DNA from: Bacilli bacterium
GTDB taxonomy: Bacteria > Bacillota_I > Bacilli_A > RF39 > UBA660
NCBI GenBank assembly: GCA_022801735.1
Contig: JAAWSW010000001.1
Coordinates: 1 to 60,271 of the forward strand
Length of the DNA stretch: 60,271 bases
Direction of reading: 5' to 3'
The notes under the pieces are model-generated. The model did no database searches, was not told the DNA's origin, and saw only the letters and a list, made by a program, of their open reading frames with translations. Each line of letters opens with the position of its first letter. Positions within the stretch are counted from its first letter, which is position 1. Positions 9,286-17,453 of the stretch are shown piece by piece. A program made the position numbers and the translations under genes.

Positions 9286-9900
9286 TTATTGTAATTCCGC
9301 AATATATATAGTTTGTGTAGTATCATCATCTTTAGTACATGTAATAAGTGTCAAAGTAGTTTTAAATTTATTACGATAAATCATAACATCACCATCTTTT
9401 GTGTCAGTATAAATGTTCACAATTTTATAAACATAAGTTTTACCTTTAAACTTAACAGTAGCCAAATCACCTTTATTTAACTTATATAAATGTTTGAAAT
9501 ATCCAAGATAACTACTTCCTGAATGAGCAACCAAAATAGTATTTCCATTCTTTTGATCGGGATAATTAGAAGGATTTAATAAAGTAACACTCTTACCAAC
9601 ATGGTTATTAGGATTTCCCTTATCATAGAACCCTTGTTCAAGATTAATTTTATCAATTTTTAAAACTCCTAAATACTTACCATCACCAGTCTCAACATTA
9701 GTTCCAATATCTGCTACTGCAATATTTTGTGGTGTATTATCCACCGTTTCACCTGCTGATTCACTATATAAAGAAATATTTACCTTTTCATATGCCTTTT
9801 CCTTTTTACCAGTAAAATAATCATAAGTAAGTAAAGTAATACCAACTCCAAGTAATATAAAACCAATAATAACTATTGTTCTATTACTAAGTTTATCCAT
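9286..9900 (-). CDS. Sortase-family transpeptidase-like protein
   Basis: N-terminal TM anchor, 'NTILVAHSG' (His) and 'LTLITCT' (TLxTC Cys motif). The start was moved to MDKLSN. A hairpin terminator (AACAAC/GTTGTT plus T-run) sits at about 9258-9285. Confidence 0.75.
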   Translation of the reverse strand: MDKLSNRTIVIIGFILLGVGITLLTYDYFTGKKEKAYEKVNISLYSESAGETVDNTPQNIAVADIGTNVETGDGKYLGVLKIDKINLEQGFYDKGNPNNHVGKSVTLLNPSNYPDQKNGNTILVAHSGSSYLGYFKHLYKLNKGDLATVKFKGKTYVYKIVNIYTDTKDGDVMIYRNKFKTTLTLITCTKDDDTTQTIYIAELQ

Positions 9901-9988
9901 AGTCGCACCCCATTTTTCTCTAACCAAATTATAACAAAAAAAACATCATCTATCAAATATTATTATTCTTTTATTTAATAATTACTTT

Positions 9989-10015
9989 TTAGCACTCGCA
10001 CTTGACAAGTGCTAA
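9989..10015 (+). promoter_or_regulatory. CIRCE (HrcA operator) inverted repeat upstream of clpB
   Basis: TTAGCACTC-GCACTTGAC-AAGTGCTAA compared with the consensus TTAGCACTC-N9-GAGTGCTAA gives one mismatch. It overlaps the -35 element of the clpB promoter. Confidence 0.75.
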
Positions 10016-10029
10016 AAAGGGTGTATAAT
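10002..10029 (+). promoter_or_regulatory. Sigma-A type promoter of clpB
   Basis: TTGACA (10002-10007), a 16-nt spacer, then TATAAT (10024-10029), about 40 nt upstream of the AAAGGAGG SD. Confidence 0.5.
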
Positions 10030-10068
10030 TAATTCTGTAAGGAGTATAATAACAAAGGAGGTAATAAT

Positions 10069-12183
10069 ATGAATATGCAAAATGAATACGCAGAAAATTT
10101 ACAAAACCCCTTAGAAAAATACGGTAGAGATATTACTGAAAGCGTAAAAAACGGCAAAATAGACCCAGTTATTGGTAGAGATGATGAAATCAGAAGTATT
10201 ACCCGTATTTTATCAAGAAAAACCAAAAACAACCCTGTTTTAATAGGAGAACCTGGTGTTGGTAAAACAGCAATCGTAGAAGGTTTAGCCCACCGTATTA
10301 TCAAAGGCGATGTTCCAAATAGTCTACTTAACAAAAAAGTTTGGGAACTAGATATGGGAGCCCTTATCGCAGGCGCTAAATATCGAGGAGAATTCGAAGA
10401 TAGATTAAAAGCAGTATTAAAAGAAGTAAAAGATTCCGATGGTGAAATCATTATGTTCATCGATGAAATCCATATGATAGTAGGTGCTGGAGCCCTAGAA
10501 GGTGCTATGGATGCTGGAAACATGCTAAAACCAATGCTTGCTAGAGGAGAAATTCACTGTATAGGAGCAACAACCCTAAATGAATACCGCAAATATATTG
10601 AAAAAGATGGAGCCCTTGAAAGACGTTTCCAAAAAGTACAAGTTAAAGAGCCAACCATAACAGATACCATTACAATACTACGTGGACTAAAATCAAGATT
10701 TGAAGTATATCATGGAGTCAACATCAAAGATAACGCTCTAATAGCCGCTGCAAGTCTATCAGATAGATATATTACTGACAGATTCTTACCAGATAAAGCC
10801 ATAGATTTAGTTGATGAAGCATGTGCAACTATAAAAGTTCAAATGGAATCTGTTCCAACTGAATTAGACACTTTAACTAGAAAAATCATGCAACTAGAAG
10901 TCGAAAAAGAGGCCATAAAAAAAGAAAATGATGAAATATCTAAAAATAGAAATATCGAAATAGATAAAAAATTAACTGAACTTAAAGAAAAAGAAAAAGT
11001 CTTAAGAAACAACTGGCAGCAAGAAAAAGAAATAAATAATAAAATTAAAAACAAAAAAGAAGAAATAGAAAACGCTAATCATAAATTAGAAAGAGCAGAA
11101 TCTAATTATGATTTAGAAACTGCGGCTAGACTAAGACATGGTGTAATTCCAGAGTTACAAAAAGAATTAGAAAACTTAAGAAAAGAAGATAAATCTGCCA
11201 TTTTAAGTGATACAGTTACTGATGAATCAATCGCCAGTATTGTCGCAAAATGGACACATATTCCAGTAAGTAAACTAGTTGGTGGTGAAAAAGAAAAACT
11301 CATAAACTTAGATAAAAATCTAAAAAAACGTGTTAAAGGACAAGACAATTCAATTACACTAGTAAGTGAGGCAATTATAAGAGCACGTGCTGGCATTAAA
11401 GACCCAAATAGACCAATAGGTTCATTTATATTTTTAGGTCCAACTGGAGTTGGAAAAACCGAAATAGCCAAAAGTTTAGCCTTTGAATTATTTGACGATG
11501 AACGCCATATGATTCGTATTGATATGAGTGAATATATGGAAAGTCACTCAGTCGCTAGATTAATTGGTTCTCCTCCAGGATATGTTGGATATGATGATGG
11601 TGGACAACTAACTGAAGCAGTAAGAAGAAATCCATATAGTATCATATTATTTGACGAAATAGAAAAAGCACATAAAGATGTCTTTAACATATTACTTCAA
11701 ATATTAGATGACGGAAGAATCACCGATTCACAAGGGAGAACAGTTGACTTCAAAAACACAATTATTATCATGACATCTAACTTAGGAAGTGAATACATAC
11801 TAGAAAATAATGAAAATAGTAATGAATTAGTTATGAACGAACTACATCATACATTTAAACCAGAATTCTTAAATCGTATAGATGAAATCATTATATTTAA
11901 TGCACTATCTAAAGAAGTTGTATATGAAATTTTAGAAAAAATAATAAAAGAAGTTGAAACTAGATTAGATGATAAAAAAATTAAATTATCATTAACTGAT
12001 AAAGCCAAAGAATATATTATAGAAAACTCTTACGATGAAAAATATGGAGCAAGACCAATAAAAAGATTTGTAAGTAGAAATATAGAAACATTACTAGCAA
12101 ACGCAATTATTAGTGATAAAATTAAATTTAATTCTACTATAACAATAGACCATAAAAACGGAGAGTTCACACTAGAAAATTAA
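10069..12183 (+). CDS. clpB: ClpB-type Hsp100 disaggregase lacking the N-terminal domain
   Basis: The protein starts directly at NBD1 ('[60 protein letters not shown]'). It has a long coiled-coil middle domain and a second P-loop 'GPTGVGKTE'. Length is 704 aa versus about 860 for canonical ClpB. Confidence 0.9.
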   Translation: MNMQNEYAENLQNPLEKYGRDITESVKNGKIDPVIGRDDEIRSITRILSRKTKNNPVLIGEPGVGKTAIVEGLAHRIIKGDVPNSLLNKKVWELDMGALIAGAKYRGEFEDRLKAVLKEVKDSDGEIIMFIDEIHMIVGAGALEGAMDAGNMLKPMLARGEIHCIGATTLNEYRKYIEKDGALERRFQKVQVKEPTITDTITILRGLKSRFEVYHGVNIKDNALIAAASLSDRYITDRFLPDKAIDLVDEACATIKVQMESVPTELDTLTRKIMQLEVEKEAIKKENDEISKNRNIEIDKKLTELKEKEKVLRNNWQQEKEINNKIKNKKEEIENANHKLERAESNYDLETAARLRHGVIPELQKELENLRKEDKSAILSDTVTDESIASIVAKWTHIPVSKLVGGEKEKLINLDKNLKKRVKGQDNSITLVSEAIIRARAGIKDPNRPIGSFIFLGPTGVGKTEIAKSLAFELFDDERHMIRIDMSEYMESHSVARLIGSPPGYVGYDDGGQLTEAVRRNPYSIILFDEIEKAHKDVFNILLQILDDGRITDSQGRTVDFKNTIIIMTSNLGSEYILENNENSNELVMNELHHTFKPEFLNRIDEIIIFNALSKEVVYEILEKIIKEVETRLDDKKIKLSLTDKAKEYIIENSYDEKYGARPIKRFVSRNIETLLANAIISDKIKFNSTITIDHKNGEFTLEN

Positions 12184-12186
12184 TAA

Positions 12187-12216
12187 AAAGACAAACAAAA
12201 TACTGTTTGTCTTTTT
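12187..12216. terminator. Bidirectional hairpin terminator between convergent clpB and the glutaminyl cyclase gene
   Basis: AAAGACAAACA-loop-TGTTTGTCTTT flanked by A/T runs. Confidence 0.7.
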
Positions 12217-12978
12217 CTATTTCAATTTACACTCAAAAATCAAAGGCCATCTTTTACCAGTTATATAAATTTTATCATCATTATATGCAATACCATTTAA
12301 AACATCTGTATTTTCATCTTTTAGATTTTCATCCAAAATACCTGTAAAATCTATTTTTTTAACAACATTACCATTTTCAGGATTAATAACCACAATAAAA
12401 TTTGTTTGCCATATATTCGCCCATATATAACCATCAATATATTCAAGTTCATTCAACATTTCTACCTTATTGCCATTAAAAGTAACATTAATCTCTTTAA
12501 TAACATCTAAACCTTCATTCATAAAATATAATTTTGAAGATCCATCACTAGCAATTAAATATTTACCATCAGTAGTTAACCCAAAGCCTTCTTTATCATA
12601 ATTTAATGTTTCTAACACCAACATTTCATCAGGATCCATAATAAGAACCTTTCCCTCTTTCCATGTCAAAACATATAATTTATTTTTAAAAACCACTGAC
12701 CCTTCACCAAATAACTCACTATCTAAAGAATAACTTTCACTAGGTTTTCCTGTTAACAAATCAATATCCTTATAAATCTTTGACCATCCATATTTTCCTG
12801 TTGATTCATATAACATACCATTATCAAAAAATAATCATTGCGTAAATGAAGAAGTATTATGTGGATACGTATTTATAACACTTAAATAATCATTATAATC
12901 AGTAATTTTGATATCGTGATTTTCTGCATTACTACATCCCGTTAACATTACCACTAAAATCAATAAAAACTTCTTCAT
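12217..12978 (-). pseudogene. Glutamine cyclotransferase (beta-propeller QC) lipoprotein gene interrupted by an in-frame TGA
   Basis: Track ORF 12217..12816 begins 'MLYESTGKYGWSKI...'. The same frame continues upstream to ATG 12978-12976 as 'MKKFLLILVVMLTGC(lipobox)SNAENHD...YPHNTSSFTQ-TGA-LFFDNGMLYESTG'. The TGA (12835-12837) replaces the conserved Gly of the family motif 'FTQGL'. Confidence 0.7.
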
Positions 12979-13051
12979 TCTACCACATCCATAAAATATA
13001 ATATTACATATATTATATTACAAATTTAACAGCAAAAACATATGTAACACA

Positions 13052-13549
13052 TTATTTTTTATCAATTTTTTCGTATAAATCTAACATTTTACTTTGATTT
13101 TCCAAAAGAAGTTCAAGTTTTCTATGTAAATCTTCCAAAATAAGTTCACTTTTCAAATCCACAATATAATCATTTTGATTACGCATACTATCTTTTTTAG
13201 CCTCTCTATTTTGACTCATCATAATAATAGGTGCCTGAATAGCAGAAATACAAGATAGTACTAAATTAAGTAAAATAAATGGATAAGGGTCTACTTTCTC
13301 TGTTAAAACAAAAGCATTTAAAATTATCCACAGTATTAAAAATAAAACAAACAACATAATAAAAAACCAACTACCAGCAATAGCAGAAATCTTATCTGCC
13401 ATTTTTTCTCCAAATGTAGTATTTTCTTCTTGCTGTTTATCAACATCCACAGAAATAGGATTATTAATTACCATCTCAATTAATTCTTCACGGTCCTTAT
13501 CCTCTAACTTCTGACTAACTAAAGTCTTAACAATTTCCCTTTTTTCCAT
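13052..13549 (-). CDS. DUF1003-family membrane protein
   Basis: 'FGEKMADKISAIAGSWFFIM...DPYPFILLNLVLSCISAIQAPIIMMSQNREAKKD' matches the characteristic DUF1003 core. SD is GGAGG. Confidence 0.65.
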   Translation of the reverse strand: MEKREIVKTLVSQKLEDKDREELIEMVINNPISVDVDKQQEENTTFGEKMADKISAIAGSWFFIMLFVLFLILWIILNAFVLTEKVDPYPFILLNLVLSCISAIQAPIIMMSQNREAKKDSMRNQNDYIVDLKSELILEDLHRKLELLLENQSKMLDLYEKIDKK

Positions 13550-13558
13550 AATAAACCT

Positions 13559-13590
13559 CCAAAAAATAACAATACCTAAGTATTGTTATT
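13559..13590 (-). terminator. Strong hairpin plus T-run immediately 5' of the DUF1003 gene SD
   Basis: AATAACAATAC-CTAA-GTATTGTTATT is a perfect 11-bp stem. On the minus strand it is followed by TTTTTT and then GGAGG. Confidence 0.5.
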
Positions 13591-13740
13591 ATGTGGAATA
13601 ATTTTCTTTTTATGTATTGTACTTTTATTGTCAAAACTTTACCATTTTAGACATTTATATAGTTAAAATGCATTTTTATAACTTTCTAAAAAACTTTATC
13701 AAATAAAGTTAAAAAGTAATGTTTTCGTAAAATCAAATAC

Positions 13741-14733
13741 CTAATTGTCACTCGAAGACGAAACATCATCTGATACTGCTGTATTATTATTCATATTTTG
13801 TAATTGCTGATTATTATTTAAATTTTGATCGTTACCAGATTGCATTGCTTGATTATTTTTAACAACTTGGTTTGTATCAAAATTATTTATTATAGGTTGA
13901 TTAGTTCCAAAAATTCCTGCATTTGCATCACTATTAACATTTTGAATCATCCCTGCCATTCCCTGCAAATTAGACTGATTCATAACATTTGTATTAATTG
14001 CGTGCCCCTGACTATAATCGCCAGGTAAATTTCCTGATAATCTGTTAATTTCAAAATCAATATAATAATTATCCGGATTATTTAAATCAATCAATAAATC
14101 TACCATACCATCACTATCACTATATCTATGATCATATCTAGGAGTACCTCGAAGTTCCAAAGTTGTTCCATTTGGAAGTGTATAACTTACTATAGGGCAC
14201 ATAATTCTAACCTCATTAACAGCCATACCAGATGGCACCATTCGATAAGGTAATTGTTTTACTAAAGTCCCTGTTTCATTTAATTTTTTTACCTTTTTAA
14301 TTTGTTTTACCCCTTTTAAACACTTTATACCACCAACAATAACAAATATTAAAGAAAATAATATAAAAATCAAGGAAAATAAATTAAAAGTAGTTTCTGC
14401 CCCAGTTATACACTCATTAGGTTTTTGGGAATTATAGTATACCTTTTTATCACTAGTATTTACAACAGAACTAGAATAGCCTGGTGAACACTTATAGAAA
14501 GTACCATCAACATTATAAGTATAAATTGGTTGACATAAATAATCTCCATCCTCATCATATTTGCAATTTTTATTAATATCTACTGCTTCTACTGATTTAT
14601 CCATAGATGCTTTTTTAACAATAGGATTTATAACCAAACCAGACGATATTATCATAAATACTAAGCCAATAAACAAAAATGGCAATCCAAACATTGCATC
14701 TTTCCTCAAGTTTTTAAAATTAATATCATACAT
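13741..14733 (-). CDS. DUF3592-like two-TM membrane protein with Q/N-rich C-terminal tail
   Basis: Start moved to MYDINFKNL (GAGGTG SD). Two TM segments flank a Cys-containing beta-rich domain. The C-terminal ~90 aa are N/Q-rich low complexity. Confidence 0.5.
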   Translation of the reverse strand: MYDINFKNLRKDAMFGLPFLFIGLVFMIISSGLVINPIVKKASMDKSVEAVDINKNCKYDEDGDYLCQPIYTYNVDGTFYKCSPGYSSSVVNTSDKKVYYNSQKPNECITGAETTFNLFSLIFILFSLIFVIVGGIKCLKGVKQIKKVKKLNETGTLVKQLPYRMVPSGMAVNEVRIMCPIVSYTLPNGTTLELRGTPRYDHRYSDSDGMVDLLIDLNNPDNYYIDFEINRLSGNLPGDYSQGHAINTNVMNQSNLQGMAGMIQNVNSDANAGIFGTNQPIINNFDTNQVVKNNQAMQSGNDQNLNNNQQLQNMNNNTAVSDDVSSSSDN

Positions 14734-14960
14734 GCTAATTACACCTCTTCTACTTTTATAATATCTATCCCATATCATAGCCTATTATTCCATCTAATCC
14801 CATACCTTGTCAATAATTTTTACCTTTTATAATAACAACACCTCTAAATTATACATTTATATACATTTAAATTTATTACAAAATTTTAACAAAAAAATAA
14901 GTGCCCATTTTTATATTCATAGGCACTCAAATTCAACCAAAATAAATTTTCACACATTTT

Positions 14961-16352
14961 TTAATCATTTTCAAGAATATCTCTTGCTGCAACTAAACCA
15001 GTAGCCGCCGCAGTTACAATATTACCTGCTTTACCTGCACCATCACCAACAAAATAAACATCATAATCTTTAAGTTTAAATTTATTGTCAGTTTCAATCT
15101 CATTACTAAAGAATTTAATTTCAGGACCATATAATAAAGTTTCACCATTATTAACACCTGGAATAATCTCATTTAATTTATCAAGTCCCTCAATAATATT
15201 AGTAATAATACGATGTGGTAATACTAAAGCCAAATCACCAGCCACACAATCTTTTAAAGTAGGTGTAATAAAACCTTTTTCAATACGGTGCCATTCACTA
15301 CGTCTTGCTTGCCTTAAATCTTTAAGCGTTTGAATAATTGGTTTCCCACCACCTAAAACATTCGCAATACGTGCAATACTCTCTCCATATTCACGAGTAT
15401 TCGTAACAGGCTCTGTCAAAGTTACTTTACTAATAAAAGCAAAATTACTATTATTAGATTTAATTTCTTTTAAAGCATGACCATTTACACATATATATCC
15501 ATAGTAATTCTCTTTGGCCACAAAACCACCAGGGTTTGTACAGAAAGTTCTTATTTCATCTCCATAAGTATCAGTTTTAATAAAGATAGTCGGATCATAA
15601 ATTACATTACAAATTTGTTCCATAATCTCTTTTCTAACTTCAACCCTAACACCAATTTCAATACTCTTAGATAAATATGGAATTTCATATTTATCAGCAA
15701 GGGCTTGAATCCATTTTGCCCCAGTTCTTCCAGGAGCAACCACAACCTTAGAAGCCTCATAAACTTCCTCTTTTCCTTTAACACAGCAAACAACATCATG
15801 GCTATTCTTAGATTTACTATGAACTGTGGTAACTTCAGTCAATTCCTGAACTTTAACACCTTTATTAACTAAAAAATCAGTAAAATCTTGTATATATTTA
15901 GGTAAATGATCACTACCTAAATGTTTTTGTTTAATAAGCAATAAACGTGCTCCTACTAAAGACACTTTACCTTTAATTTTTAAAGCCTCATCCATATTAG
16001 AAGGATATACATCACTATCCATACCAAATTTAGTAAAAATATCTTCACAATCATCTATTAACTTATTAGCAGTTTCTTCATCCATATATTTAAATAAATC
16101 ACTCTTACCAAGTTTAGGAATAAAATTAAGTTTTCCATCAGAAAAAGTCCCTGCTCCGCCATATCCAGATAATATACTACATGTCTTACAATTAACACAT
16201 TCCTTTTTAACCTTCATTGGACAAGTTCGCTTATCAGCAAACCTTCCCTCATCCAATAATAAAATATTTAACTTTGGATTGTTAGTTATAAGTTCATAAG
16301 CAGTAAATAATCCTGCAGGACCTGCTCCTATAATTACAACGTCATACTTCAT
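14961..16352 (-). CDS. FAD-dependent oxidoreductase (COG2509-like uncharacterised dehydrogenase)
   Basis: 'MKYDVVIIGAGPAGLF' is a Rossmann FAD-binding motif and the C-terminal 'YFVGDGAGKAGNIVTAAATG' fits the family. Start at the ATG preceded by AAGGGTGG. Confidence 0.75.
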   Translation of the reverse strand: MKYDVVIIGAGPAGLFTAYELITNNPKLNILLLDEGRFADKRTCPMKVKKECVNCKTCSILSGYGGAGTFSDGKLNFIPKLGKSDLFKYMDEETANKLIDDCEDIFTKFGMDSDVYPSNMDEALKIKGKVSLVGARLLLIKQKHLGSDHLPKYIQDFTDFLVNKGVKVQELTEVTTVHSKSKNSHDVVCCVKGKEEVYEASKVVVAPGRTGAKWIQALADKYEIPYLSKSIEIGVRVEVRKEIMEQICNVIYDPTIFIKTDTYGDEIRTFCTNPGGFVAKENYYGYICVNGHALKEIKSNNSNFAFISKVTLTEPVTNTREYGESIARIANVLGGGKPIIQTLKDLRQARRSEWHRIEKGFITPTLKDCVAGDLALVLPHRIITNIIEGLDKLNEIIPGVNNGETLLYGPEIKFFSNEIETDNKFKLKDYDVYFVGDGAGKAGNIVTAAATGLVAARDILEND

Positions 16353-16371
16353 ATTAACCACCCTTCATCCA

Positions 16372-16447
16372 CATTATATCATTATTTGACACTTTTTTGC
16401 CTGTGTAAACTAAAAAAAGGTATATTTCAATAAAATATTACCTTTTT
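16372..16447 (-). repeat. Copy A of a ~76-nt terminator-plus-promoter cassette
   Basis: Roughly 85-90 percent identical by eye to 17378-17453. It contains the hairpin GGTAATATTT/AAATATACC plus a T-run, and an extended -10 TGATATAAT on the minus strand. Confidence 0.6.
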
Positions 16448-16464
16448 ATACTATTGTATAATTA

Positions 16465-17349
16465 CTATTTCTCTGATAAAATTATACGTTTCTTTAGATA
16501 ATTTACACCAAAAGTGACTATATCTATAAATACTGGCACTATAAATATTATATAAATAACAAATAATAATATTTTAGGCCAACCAACTGTATTATAAATT
16601 TTACTTAATAATAAATCATCATTCCTATGCCCATTAGCATAAACAAACATAATCACTACACATATTATCCAAACAAAACCTAGAACTGGTATAGACTGTT
16701 TTGTACCAACCTCAATAATTTCTGCCACTGGTTCTGATATAACCTTTTCACTAACCCTATTTTTAGATATTATTTTTTCATTTTTATCCACAGTAATTTC
16801 GTAAGTTACCTCTTTTTTCCCATTAATACCTTTTTTTAATGTCTTCTTTTCGCCTTCAGGCATTTCATTGTTTTCTTTATATTCAGTCTTAAATTTAATT
16901 TTTTTTATTTCAGTAGCCGTTTTTTTATATTTACAACTATCATCAGTAACATTTGCACTTGCATCATAATTTATCGCACTATTATCCATACAACCATACT
17001 TTTTAGCAATACAACTACCATCATCTTTATTGGCCTTTGCATTATAATTATAAGCATTTTTATCCATGCAACCATAAATATAATTAGGCGTTACTTGTCT
17101 TGATGATTGATTATTGGAATATGAACTAGAACTTGAATTATTAGATGAATAATTAGAATTACCACTATTGCCACCGCTACAAGTGCACGATGGACTGGTA
17201 GTCCCATCCTTACAAATATATTTACCTCCAGAACCACAATAGTCAACACCACCGTGACTTGAACAACATCCTCTTTGCGCATTAACTACTAAAGGTGTAA
17301 ACAAAACAAGGCACACAAAAACCACCATACAACCTACTACTTTTCTCAC
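16465..17349 (-). CDS. Secreted or membrane protein with Cys-rich N-terminal repeats and a G5-like domain
   Basis: Signal peptide ending 'VVNAQ', then 'GCCSSHGGVDYC' and repeated 'GCMD..A.NY.A.AN..D.SC' motifs. 'KKGINGKKEVTYEITVDKNEKIISKNRV...EIIEVGTK' is G5-like. There are C-terminal TM helices. A GTG start with an AGGAGGT SD is plausible. Confidence 0.55.
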   Translation of the reverse strand: MRKVVGCMVVFVCLVLFTPLVVNAQRGCCSSHGGVDYCGSGGKYICKDGTTSPSCTCSGGNSGNSNYSSNNSSSSSYSNNQSSRQVTPNYIYGCMDKNAYNYNAKANKDDGSCIAKKYGCMDNSAINYDASANVTDDSCKYKKTATEIKKIKFKTEYKENNEMPEGEKKTLKKGINGKKEVTYEITVDKNEKIISKNRVSEKVISEPVAEIIEVGTKQSIPVLGFVWIICVVIMFVYANGHRNDDLLLSKIYNTVGWPKILLFVIYIIFIVPVFIDIVTFGVNYLKKRIILSEK

Positions 17350-17377
17350 ACTATACCTCCTACTATTTTTCTAAAAT

Positions 17378-17453
17378 CATTATATCATCATTTAATGTAC
17401 TTTTTTACCTGTGTAAACTAAAAAAGGTATATTTTAATAAAATATTACCTTTT
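17378..17453 (-). repeat. Copy B of the ~76-nt terminator-plus-promoter cassette
   Basis: See copy A. This copy overlaps the addA stop codon and precedes the G5-protein gene. Confidence 0.6.

Noticed and set aside
10029-11471. Track ORFs antisense to clpB (10029..10523, 10839..11054, 11106..11471). Similar antisense or embedded ORFs occur inside other genes, for example 198..434, 6271..6456, 6360..6551, 6984..7226, 13825..14028, 14561..14761, 15085..15799, 17091..17282, 22002..22325, 25613..25804, 27380..27589, 28941..29123, 29928..30182, 33588..33788, 35036..35263, 40222..40404, 40720..40956, 42577..42879, 43045..43377, 44676..44924, 52755..52940, 54905..55093 and 55668..56180.
   Set aside because: - All lie inside, and mostly antisense to, ORFs with strong family motifs.
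- Their translations are low-complexity (S/P/I/L/F-rich), as expected from reading AT-rich coding DNA in the wrong frame.
- They lack SD sequences.
12835-12837. The in-frame TGA at a conserved Gly codon raised the idea of an alternative genetic code (TGA = Gly as in code 25, or TGA = Trp as in Mollicutes code 4).
   Set aside because: - More than 15,000 codons of long, well-conserved ORFs in this window (cas9, addA, addB, clpB, typA and others) contain no in-frame TGA.
- TGA functions as the asnB stop in a classic ATGA overlap (3588-3591).
- The organism carries sporulation genes, which SR1/Gracilibacteria do not.
- A point mutation or sequencing error is far more likely.
13559-13590. A perfect 11-bp hairpin plus U-run placed immediately before the DUF1003 SD looked like a riboswitch or attenuator expression platform. 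A similar terminator lies just before the SD of the AAA+ gene at about 40662-40690, overlapping a 12-codon ORF (MVRLVCTIFFRG).
   Set aside because: - No conserved aptamer-like sequence or alternative antiterminator pairing is visible upstream.
- The mini-ORF has no SD.
- Compact terminator-then-SD junctions recur in this genome and are most simply the terminators of the preceding genes.
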